From sequence record ON528736: a DNA stretch of 64,000 nucleotides. One strand, 5' to 3'. This stretch comes from Shigella phage ESh26. The notes beneath the pieces were generated by a model that did not search any database, was not told the DNA's origin, and saw only the letters and a list, made by a program, of their open reading frames with translations. A program made the translations under genes and the position numbers. Below, piece after piece: positions 56,780 through 64,000 of this stretch. Each line of letters opens with the position of its first letter. Within the stretch, counting starts at the first letter, position 1.

Positions 56780-57980
56780 ATTTTGTAATAATGTCAAACT
56801 GTTCTTTAAAGCAGAAGCTTGAATCTTGATGCTGATACAAAAATTCATAAGCTTTTTCGCGTTCACGGTCATAAAGAGCTCGGTCAGATGACAGTTCTTT
56901 AATACGCTCAAATGTTGATTCCATGTCATTTTCATCAAACCAAACGATACCGCTATCATGAGAAATTAACGGAGTATTATCAACACGGAATTTTAAATTT
57001 TCGCCAGTAGATTTCCAAAATACCGGAATTGTTCCGCACGCACCAAGCTCGAGATGAGTATATTCTAAAGAACGTTGTAGATATTTTTTGTCCAACTTAC
57101 TCAACTGATAACCAAATCCGGATTTACTCATGCGTTCAAGCATTTCGCTATTTACATAACGGTCGAGAATTTGCGTTGGCAAATTAGGAGCAATTTTAAT
57201 TTGGTCTACTTGATGAAGACGATAATACTCGTATGGAATTCCTTTTTCTTTAATAGGAATGAACGCTGGAGAACGTTCCAGACCTTCCATAATAGTACTT
57301 AGTCCAGCAGGTTTAAGATGTTTTTCGTGAAAATCAAACATCTGATAAAAGCCTTTCCATGTAGTCGTACGACCAATCCAACGGTTGACATTCATGTTAA
57401 TTTCAGAAACATCTTTCCAGTATGTTGATCGAACTTTCGCAATATCCATAGGAGGCTGAAAGTTGTATACGGTCGGTGCTTCTTCAATATCATCAAACAG
57501 AGAAACTGTTTCTGGATACCATTCTTTCATCAGAACTTTATTAAAATCACCATTATCAGAATGACTAAAAATAACATCAGCTCGGCGAACAGTTTCTTCT
57601 AATCCCAAATTTCGACGCAAAGAAAGAGAAGAATGGTCATGTTGATAAACTACAACACGAACCGAAGGTTTAATGTTATCAATAATTTTTTTATAGTTAT
57701 TAATAGTGTCTTCTTCGACTGAAGTAGCAGGAACTGAATTGATAATTAGAATATCACAATCATTTACCAGCTTAAGTGTTTTATCGTATTCTTTTGCCAA
57801 TAAAACCGGAATTGAAAATGATTTATAATCATGCGCGCAATTACGTGTAAATGATTTATCTTTAGCATAAACCAAAGTTACTTCATGACCATTTTTAATA
57901 AACCAATCACGCTGCTCAAGAGAAAATTTAGTTACGCCGCAACCTTCAAGACCTCGAGCCATAAAAATGCATACTTTCAT
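56778..57980 (-). CDS. a-gt: DNA alpha-glucosyltransferase
   Basis: 400-aa ORF MKVCIFMARGLEGCGVTKFSLEQRDWFIKNGHEVTL... recognised as T4 AGT. Confidence 0.9.
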   Translation of the reverse strand: MKVCIFMARGLEGCGVTKFSLEQRDWFIKNGHEVTLVYAKDKSFTRNCAHDYKSFSIPVLLAKEYDKTLKLVNDCDILIINSVPATSVEEDTINNYKKIIDNIKPSVRVVVYQHDHSSLSLRRNLGLEETVRRADVIFSHSDNGDFNKVLMKEWYPETVSLFDDIEEAPTVYNFQPPMDIAKVRSTYWKDVSEINMNVNRWIGRTTTWKGFYQMFDFHEKHLKPAGLSTIMEGLERSPAFIPIKEKGIPYEYYRLHQVDQIKIAPNLPTQILDRYVNSEMLERMSKSGFGYQLSKLDKKYLQRSLEYTHLELGACGTIPVFWKSTGENLKFRVDNTPLISHDSGIVWFDENDMESTFERIKELSSDRALYDREREKAYEFLYQHQDSSFCFKEQFDIITK

Positions 57981-58031
57981 TTAATATCCTCATTGTTTTG
58001 GTTTATTTTACCAAAAATTTATAAAGCAATA

Positions 58032-58049
58032 TAGGAGCCGAAGCTCCTA
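58032..58049 (-). promoter_or_regulatory. UUCG-tetraloop hairpin upstream of a-gt
   Basis: Minus-strand RNA UAGGAGC-UUCG-GCUCCUA. Confidence 0.55.
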
Positions 58050-58223
58050 TCCGCATAATACACCGTACAGAGGCTCATTAGAGCTTCTAAATTTTATACG
58101 CTTATATGTTATAGTTCCTTCTGCTTTAGCTTTATCATGAGACTCTTTAAAGCGTCTCATCATTTCTACTTTAGAGGAACGAATTTTATTATAATCTATT
58201 TCAGAAGTCTGGGTGTTCATCTT

Positions 58224-58430
58224 TCACAGTTGCCACCATTTTTTGACTTGATAGGAATCAACCCACACTTTCATATTAGGGTCTGCTCTTACAATAGGAG
58301 GATTAACTTCTTTAATTGAACTATCATGGTATTCTTTTTCAGAAATTTTCACACAAAGATGACCATTCAAAGATTCAGTAAATCCGGCATTAATTTTAAG
58401 ACGCTTGAATTTTACGTGTGTAAGCATCAA
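58224..58430 (-). CDS. Hypothetical protein (68 aa)
   Basis: ORF. Confidence 0.4.
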   Translation of the reverse strand: MMLTHVKFKRLKINAGFTESLNGHLCVKISEKEYHDSSIKEVNPPIVRADPNMKVWVDSYQVKKWWQL

Positions 58431-58713
58431 TCATATCCTCAATCTGCGATCTAGTAGTCTTCCAAAGAATACTAATGAGTTCATCGTTATATGGCTGTTT
58501 TAGAATATCCCGACTTTTCTTGATAGCATATTCGTATTGAGCAAAATTATTGTTTTCAGCTGCAAGCTGAGCGTGCTTATAAAGACGGTTCAATTCGCGT
58601 TTGTTTTTAGACAATAACTTATTTGCTTTTCTTTCTGCTTCAAGACGGTTCTTTTCTTCAATAGAAGAAATAAGCTTTTCCACTTCATCATTAATTTCGG
58701 GTTTATCAGTCAT
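58396..58713 (-). CDS. Hypothetical protein (105 aa)
   Basis: ORF. Confidence 0.45.
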   Translation of the reverse strand: MTDKPEINDEVEKLISSIEEKNRLEAERKANKLLSKNKRELNRLYKHAQLAAENNNFAQYEYAIKKSRDILKQPYNDELISILWKTTRSQIEDMIDAYTRKIQAS

Positions 58714-58714
58714 A

Positions 58715-58933
58715 TTATTTCTCTAATATAAAATAAAAATCATCATCTGTTAAATGATACCGATAGTTTAATTCTACACCATTAGATTTAAAAGCGGTAT
58801 CATACGGATTTTCTGGATCAATATCAATGTCAAGAGCTAAAACTTCCCTGAGATACATTTTAAGTAAATAGGGAATAGCTTCAACTTCAGGTATTTCTTC
58901 CAAGAATCCGGAGAGGTTAATCGTTAGCCTCAT
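58715..58933 (-). CDS. Hypothetical protein (72 aa)
   Basis: ORF. Confidence 0.45.
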
Positions 58934-59474
58934 ATAAAAAATCCAAACTAGGAGAATCGTCTACAACACTTTTCTTTTCAGCCCCCGGTGTTCTATAGGT
59001 TGATTCTTCGTAATGCGTCATTTTATCGTAGATGTCTTGAATAAAAGTTTCATCTACTAACGCAACCATATCGTCGTCACGACTGTCATAGACATTGTGA
59101 ACGAAGTAACTGTATTTCTTTGCAACTTCCTTACGTTCTTTTTTAATACGTTGGACGAATGCATTAAAACAAGCTTGAGTTATATATGCATGTGGGTTTT
59201 TATATTTCGTTTCATCAAAATTATGAAGCCCCTTAATAGAAGCTTCTATACCATCTGCAATCATTTCTTGTTTCCAGGATTGGGTGTATCCTGAAAAGTT
59301 GAAACGTTTAGATAAGCCTTCTGCGATAAGCATAATGGCTAATCCGATAGTATCATTCTGACGAACTACTTTATTTGGGTCTTTATTATTTGCTAATTCT
59401 GTTTTCCAATCAATAATAGCTTGTAAAAGCTCTTTATTGTTTACGTAATTATATTTAGGCTTAGTTTCTGACAT
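58917..59474 (-). CDS. 55: Late sigma factor gp55
   Basis: Track ORF 187 aa; ATG start [26 protein letters not shown]... gives 185 aa as T4 gp55. Confidence 0.9.
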
Positions 59475-59552
59475 TTTCACCTCTTAGCTCAATTCATAGA
59501 TCTATTATATCATAATATTTGAAGATCTATCTTAAAGCATAGAGGATATCAG

Positions 59553-59822
59553 TTATCTAAGTAAGCAGTATGCTTGGAATACTTTCTCCATCATCTTTTT
59601 AAATTCATGAATATCTATATAATGACTAGTTAAATCAGCATGATATAAAAAGTCTAAAAACTTTTCATGTGTGCTAGCATATTCACTTTCATTTAATTCA
59701 GAAACATGGCTTTCCCAATATCCAACACCAGTCTTATTTGGGAAAAATGAAATTTTCATGTATTGGTCAACATAGAAAATTCCATAATTTTCAATAGTAA
59801 TAGAAATATTAATAAATTTCAT
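59553..59822 (-). CDS. Hypothetical protein (89 aa; 55.x)
   Basis: ORF. Confidence 0.45.
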   Translation of the reverse strand: MKFINISITIENYGIFYVDQYMKISFFPNKTGVGYWESHVSELNESEYASTHEKFLDFLYHADLTSHYIDIHEFKKMMEKVFQAYCLLR

Positions 59823-60040
59823 ACATTCATCAACTTAGCCGCTTCAAGAGCTGCATCTAACGAATCAAACTGGTCAACGTATTCAATCAATTCGCCATAA
59901 TTAGCGTATAACCACCATTGGCTAAATTCATACTCAAGGATGAATCCATTTCCTTCAATTTGAGTTAAACCAATGCCATTTGTATTTACTTCATATCCGG
60001 CAAGACGCAAATCGTTAATAAGAGCTTCGTTCATATTCAT
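59819..60040 (-). CDS. Hypothetical acidic protein (73 aa; 55.x)
   Basis: ORF. Confidence 0.45.
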   Translation of the reverse strand: MNMNEALINDLRLAGYEVNTNGIGLTQIEGNGFILEYEFSQWWLYANYGELIEYVDQFDSLDAALEAAKLMNV

Positions 60041-60363
60041 ACCTTAGCAATTTTCAGGTCAGCAAATTTTTTCTTGCGTTGATTTTTCATACGACGAATA
60101 GTTTTATCGGAAATTTCATGCTTTTGATAAGCTTTAGATTCTACGCCAAAAGCTTTAACATCAAATTCTGACAAGATATATTGAACCAACAATTCACGGA
60201 CAGTATTGCGCCCAATCTTCTGATCATTCTGTTTCATCGTCTGATGAAGCTCTTTTTCCCATTTATCCAAAATTTGAGGAGTTACAATATCACCTTTTTC
60301 TAGCAAAGAAACTACTTTATCATATGCATAAGAATTGATGGCGTTTTTAATTTGAATAGTCAT
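60037..60363 (-). CDS. Hypothetical protein (108 aa; 55.x)
   Basis: ORF. Confidence 0.5.
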   Translation of the reverse strand: MTIQIKNAINSYAYDKVVSLLEKGDIVTPQILDKWEKELHQTMKQNDQKIGRNTVRELLVQYILSEFDVKAFGVESKAYQKHEISDKTIRRMKNQRKKKFADLKIAKV

Positions 60364-60400
60364 ACATTATCCTCAATTACATTAAAATTTTATTATCCAA

Positions 60401-60416
60401 AAGGGCCGAAGCCCTT
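60401..60416 (-). promoter_or_regulatory. UUCG-tetraloop hairpin
   Basis: Minus-strand RNA AAGGGC-UUCG-GCCCUU overlapping stop of 60415..60615 ORF. Confidence 0.6.
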
Positions 60417-60615
60417 AGCTAAATTTTTTGGCACCCTTCCAGCCTTCGTACATCATTGCAGCTGATATTAATATTGCTCCTGCGCATTTTGAATATTTGT
60501 GATTCCAAAACCAGTTTAGAAAAACTTCGTCATCAATACCTTGGGCTATCATATTTTCAAAGAACTGACGACGAGCTTCAGCAATTCGTTGCGATAATTT
60601 AGATTCAGGATTCAT
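60415..60615 (-). CDS. Hypothetical protein (66 aa)
   Basis: ORF. Confidence 0.45.
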   Translation of the reverse strand: MNPESKLSQRIAEARRQFFENMIAQGIDDEVFLNWFWNHKYSKCAGAILISAAMMYEGWKGAKKFS

Positions 60616-60831
60616 TTAAATTTTCCAGTTACCATTTTCATCAATAAATTTAATCCAGTCATTTACTGACCACTTGGTCGTATCGCCTTTTGGAGCAACA
60701 TTTAAAGTGTATAATCCTTGTTTAAAAAGCATGCGTTTGATATTCATATTTTCCTCAGCTATAACGATAACACTCGTTTGATTTACGCTTAGCAACTCGT
60801 TGAGAAGTATTGTAATCAAAATCATCGTCAA
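60616..60831 (-). CDS. Hypothetical protein (71 aa)
   Basis: ORF. Confidence 0.4.
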   Translation of the reverse strand: MTMILITILLNELLSVNQTSVIVIAEENMNIKRMLFKQGLYTLNVAPKGDTTKWSVNDWIKFIDENGNWKI

Positions 60832-61048
60832 TGTAAACTGATTTTTTCAACTTTCTTACTTCACCACGTAATTGACGATTTAGCTCATCTTTAACTTCTG
60901 AATCAATGCCTTTCATTCTACGCCATTTATCTGAGCGAAAAATGTTTTCAACCATATCTTTATGACTTACACCATCAGGAGCTTTACGCTTTCCGAAATA
61001 GTCATAATCACGAACTTTCAAGTCTTTACGACGATACGTTTTACCCAT
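60755..61048 (-). CDS. Hypothetical highly basic protein
   Basis: Track ORF 60755..61093; first ATG at 61048 gives MGKTYRRKDLKVRDYDYFGKRKAPDG... (97 aa); Lys/Arg-rich. Confidence 0.4.
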   Translation of the reverse strand: MGKTYRRKDLKVRDYDYFGKRKAPDGVSHKDMVENIFRSDKWRRMKGIDSEVKDELNRQLRGEVRKLKKSVYIDDDFDYNTSQRVAKRKSNECYRYS

Positions 61049-61223
61049 GGAGTTTAATTTCCTTAGCAACTGAACTAAATACAGCACGATCACAAATCAT
61101 CTGTTTATGTAACTTGAGTATAAGATAATAAACTTCAAAACCGTTTACATAAGTAACACGAACAACATTACCATTAATAAAATAATATTGTCCCTTTTTA
61201 ATTTCTTTATCAACCACAACCAT
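61041..61223 (-). CDS. Hypothetical protein (60 aa)
   Basis: ORF downstream of early promoter. Confidence 0.4.
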   Translation of the reverse strand: MVVVDKEIKKGQYYFINGNVVRVTYVNGFEVYYLILKLHKQMICDRAVFSSVAKEIKLHG

Positions 61224-61253
61224 ATCAAATCCTCAAAGGCAATTCATATGTTA

Positions 61254-61283
61254 ATAATACCATAGTTTGAACTTCTTGTAAAC
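61254..61283 (-). promoter_or_regulatory. T4-type early promoter
   Basis: Minus strand GTTTAC-18 nt-TGG-TATTAT. Confidence 0.6.
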
Positions 61284-61363
61284 AACTTTGTGAAATTATT
61301 TTAGGGAACGATAAGAAGGGAACGATAGATTAGAATGGTAATATACAGAATGCGAGAAAGAAA

Positions 61364-61376
61364 GGCCCAGAGGGCC
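61364..61376 (-). promoter_or_regulatory. Short GC hairpin after nrdH
   Basis: GGCCC-AGA-GGGCC inverted repeat 5 nt after nrdH stop. Confidence 0.4.
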
Positions 61377-61380
61377 CGTC

Positions 61381-61689
61381 TTAGTCTTCTATGATATCTC
61401 TATCATATCCAAGTGAAATGAGAGTTTCTTTGAAGTGTTTAATGTTCTTTTGTCTAGAATCATTGATGAAAATGACTGGATAACGAATGTTAAGAGATGT
61501 GAATCCAGCGCGTTTAGCAAGAGATACAATCAGTGGACGATCATACTCAATCTTACCATTATTTGTAAGAACTTTATAGAAAGTAAAAGGAGCATTGAGC
61601 TCCTTTAGAAGTTTTGTAACTGATTGACATCCAGGACAACGACCTACTTCATCTGGAATTCCATAGACTTCAATCTTATTTTGTTTCAC
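61381..61689 (-). CDS. nrdH: NrdH glutaredoxin-like protein
   Basis: 102-aa ORF with CPGC redox motif, adjacent to nrdG/nrdD. Confidence 0.75.
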   Translation of the reverse strand: MKQNKIEVYGIPDEVGRCPGCQSVTKLLKELNAPFTFYKVLTNNGKIEYDRPLIVSLAKRAGFTSLNIRYPVIFINDSRQKNIKHFKETLISLGYDRDIIED

Positions 61690-61691
61690 AA

Positions 61692-61904
61692 CTATTCCTT
61701 ACTAAGAGCAGCATTCAGCTTATTAGTAATTTTATCCAGACGCTCATTGAACTCGCTAGAAGACAGTCCTTTTTCTGGAGAAATCAAACTAATCACGAAA
61801 AATATAACAATAAAAGGAATAAGGAAAATAGCTCCAACTGCCATAAACAAAAAGAATGTTACGGTTGTAAGAAAATCAGCTAAACCTTTACGAAATTTAT
61901 ACAT
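61692..61904 (-). CDS. Hypothetical single-TM membrane protein (70 aa)
   Basis: ORF with hydrophobic helix FLFMAVGAIFLIPFIVIFFVISLI. Confidence 0.45.
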   Translation of the reverse strand: MYKFRKGLADFLTTVTFFLFMAVGAIFLIPFIVIFFVISLISPEKGLSSSEFNERLDKITNKLNAALSKE

Positions 61905-62019
61905 ATTTTACCCTTAATTGATTAACCAAGCATTGATAAGCACTAAACTATATTGCGAATAAAATTCTGGACCAAAATGAAAAATCATATCATTTATAGT
62001 GTCCATAATATAATTCAAT

Positions 62020-62490
62020 TTAATCATGTTTCCACACCCCATCGGTATTTGACCAAAGTCGCTGATTATCTGATCCTCGCCACAGCTTTTTGGTCGGAAG
62101 ATTTTTCTCATACTTCCCATCAATAATAACATCAACATATTTAAGCATTTCTAGTTGTTTAATATCTTCAAACTTATATCCTGTCCACAACCAAATGCTT
62201 TTATTTGGATAAAGATTTTTTACTGTTTGAACCACAGAGTGAATAACATCTCGGTTATCGGGATAGAGAGGGTCTCCTCCAGTTATAGTTAATCCTTCTA
62301 TATAATCATTATTCAAACATTCAATTAATTGTTCTAGTGTTTCACCAGTGAATGGAACGCCATTTCTAGCGTTCCATGTTGATTTATTATAACACCCTTC
62401 GCATTTATGCAAACAACCTGTAACGAAAAGAACGACCCTGCATCCAGGGCCATTCACAAAATCGCAAGGATAAAATCTATCATAATTCAT
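62020..62490 (-). CDS. nrdG: Anaerobic ribonucleotide reductase activating protein NrdG (radical SAM)
   Basis: 156-aa ORF with CxxxCxxC cluster (GCLHKCEGCYN); size as T4 NrdG. Confidence 0.9.
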   Translation of the reverse strand: MNYDRFYPCDFVNGPGCRVVLFVTGCLHKCEGCYNKSTWNARNGVPFTGETLEQLIECLNNDYIEGLTITGGDPLYPDNRDVIHSVVQTVKNLYPNKSIWLWTGYKFEDIKQLEMLKYVDVIIDGKYEKNLPTKKLWRGSDNQRLWSNTDGVWKHD

Positions 62491-64000
62491 TGGTGTTTAA
62501 CCCTATGCATGATTTCTTTATTTTTGCCGAGATTAAATCCGCGTTCGTTCGGATTTCCCAAATAACCACAAGTTCTTCTTATTGTGTTCATCTTTTTAGG
62601 ATCAGTTTCTCCACAAATAGAACAAACAAATCCGTTTTCAGTAGGAGTCATTTCATGGGTACTTCCACATGTAAAACATTTATCTACTGGCATATTAACG
62701 CCAAAATAATCTAAATGTTGTGCAGCATAATCCCATACAGCCTCAAGACCTTTTAGGTTATTTTTCATATCAGGAAGTTCAACATAAGAAATGTGACCGC
62801 CTGTCGCAATGAAATGATATGGTGCTTCGCGAGAAATCTTTTCAAACGGAGTGATATTTTCTTCTACTGAAACATGGAAACTGTTAGTGTACCATCCTTT
62901 ATCAGTAACGTCTTTTACACTTCCATATTTTTCAGTATCAAGTTTACAGAAGCGATAACAAAGGTTTTCAGCAGGTGTAGAATACAAACTAAAAGCAAAA
63001 CCGGTTCTTTCAGTCCACTGTTTAAGACGAGCATTCATTTTAGTCAAAATTTCCTGTCCAATATCACGACCGACAAGAATATTCAATTCGTGAATACCAA
63101 TGTATCCTAGGGACACTGAACTTCTACCGTTTTTAAATAACTCAATTATGTCGTCATCAGGTTTAAGACGAACCCCGAATGCACCTTCTTGGTAAAGAAT
63201 AGGAGCAACAGTCGCTTTAACTCCTTTTAAGGAACTAATTCTACACATCAAAGCTTCAAAACACAAATCCATTCGTTCATTGAACAATTCGGTAAATTTC
63301 TGTTCATTGAACTGTGTTCCAATATAAGAATCTAATGCGATACGAGGAAGATTCAGTGTTACAACACCGAGATTATTACGTCCATCAAGAATTTCATTAC
63401 CAGTCGAATCTTTCCATACACTCAAGAAACTACGGCAACCCATTGGAGAAACAGGAATAGATGAACCGGTGATAGCTTTATTATTCTTAACTGAAATAAT
63501 ATCAGGATACATTCTTTTGCTTGCACACTCTAGAGCAAGCTGCTTAATATCATAGTTCGGATCGTCTTTATAAAGATTAACGCCTTCTTCAACGAACATA
63601 ACAAGTTTAGGGAAAATAGGAGTTATCCCATCGCGACCAAGGCCTTTAATACGATTTTTCAGAATTGCTTTCTGAATCATTCGTTCAGTCCAGTCAGTTC
63701 CCGTACCAAACGTAATTGTCACAAAAGGCGTTTGCCCATTTGAACTAAAGAGAGTATTTACTTCATATTCATAAGCTTGGAATGCATCGTATACGTCTTT
63801 TTCTGTTTTAGATTGAGCGTAATTCAACGCATCAGCGATTTGCCATTTTTCTGCATCCTCAATATGTTTTGCATAGGTGCGTTTAACATAAGGAGAAAGT
63901 ACTTTATCTACATTAGCAAAAGTCGTTCCGCCATATTGATGAGAAGCAACCTGCGCAGTAATTTGTGCCATAATTGCAGTAGCAACGCCGATTGATTTAG
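62487..64000 (-). CDS. nrdD: Anaerobic ribonucleoside-triphosphate reductase NrdD, C-terminal ~500 aa (5' end beyond window)
   Basis: ORF open to the window end; C-terminal glycyl-radical motif RRTCGYLG and Zn-ribbon CxxC...CxxC; stop overlaps nrdG start. Confidence 0.9.
   Translation of the reverse strand, partial: KSIGVATAIMAQITAQVASHQYGGTTFANVDKVLSPYVKRTYAKHIEDAEKWQIADALNYAQSKTEKDVYDAFQAYEYEVNTLFSSNGQTPFVTITFGTGTDWTERMIQKAILKNRIKGLGRDGITPIFPKLVMFVEEGVNLYKDDPNYDIKQLALECASKRMYPDIISVKNNKAITGSSIPVSPMGCRSFLSVWKDSTGNEILDGRNNLGVVTLNLPRIALDSYIGTQFNEQKFTELFNERMDLCFEALMCRISSLKGVKATVAPILYQEGAFGVRLKPDDDIIELFKNGRSSVSLGYIGIHELNILVGRDIGQEILTKMNARLKQWTERTGFAFSLYSTPAENLCYRFCKLDTEKYGSVKDVTDKGWYTNSFHVSVEENITPFEKISREAPYHFIATGGHISYVELPDMKNNLKGLEAVWDYAAQHLDYFGVNMPVDKCFTCGSTHEMTPTENGFVCSICGETDPKKMNTIRRTCGYLGNPNERGFNLGKNKEIMHRVKHQ

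Noticed and set aside
56738-56959. 73-aa minus-strand ORF overlapping the 3' end of a-gt
   Set aside because: Out-of-frame overlap with the a-gt coding region and the downstream hairpin; no RBS
61914-62138. 74-aa ORF overlapping the nrdG 3' end
   Set aside because: Mostly an alternative frame within nrdG; only the last 37 codons are intergenic and evidence for a separate gene is weak
1-64000. Search for CRISPR arrays, tRNA/rRNA genes, integrase or transposase
   Set aside because: No arrayed direct repeats with spacers, no cloverleaf-like conserved tRNA sequences and no recombinase-like ORFs were seen; the recurrent hairpins are dispersed at gene boundaries

Overview
This window is a 64-kb segment of a T-even (T4-like, Tequatrovirus-type) coliphage genome, collinear with the T4 map from gene 59 through nrdD. 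All calls rest on reading the six-frame translations, synteny and motifs by eye; no database search was run. The plus strand carries only the late long-tail-fibre/lysis block (genes 34, 35, 36, 37, 38 and holin t). The minus strand carries a dense run of early and middle genes: 59, 33, dsbA, rnh, asiA, arn, motA, 52, stp, ndd, denB, rIIB, rIIA, 39, dexA, dda, srd, modA, modB, soc, 56, 61, 41, 40, uvsX, a glycosyltransferase, 42, imm, 43, regA, 62, 44, 45, rpbA, 46, 47, a-gt, 55, nrdH, nrdG and nrdD. Regulatory signals read directly from the sequence include T4-type early promoters (GTTTAC -35 with an extended -10), MotA-box middle promoters, late TATAAATA promoters, the gene 43 translational operator, and many UUCG-tetraloop hairpins at gene boundaries. 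The phage is not T4 itself: it has a T2-type gp37/gp38 adhesin module, an unsplit gene 39, a 282-aa glycosyltransferase at the beta-gt position, and no dam gene between 56 and 61. No rRNA, tRNA, CRISPR array, integrase or homing endonuclease was recognised. The most notable unexplained items are a plus-strand small membrane ORF at the dam locus, a repeated promoter/5'UTR cassette at four loci, an ORF between regA and gene 43, and clusters of very small hydrophobic ORFs.
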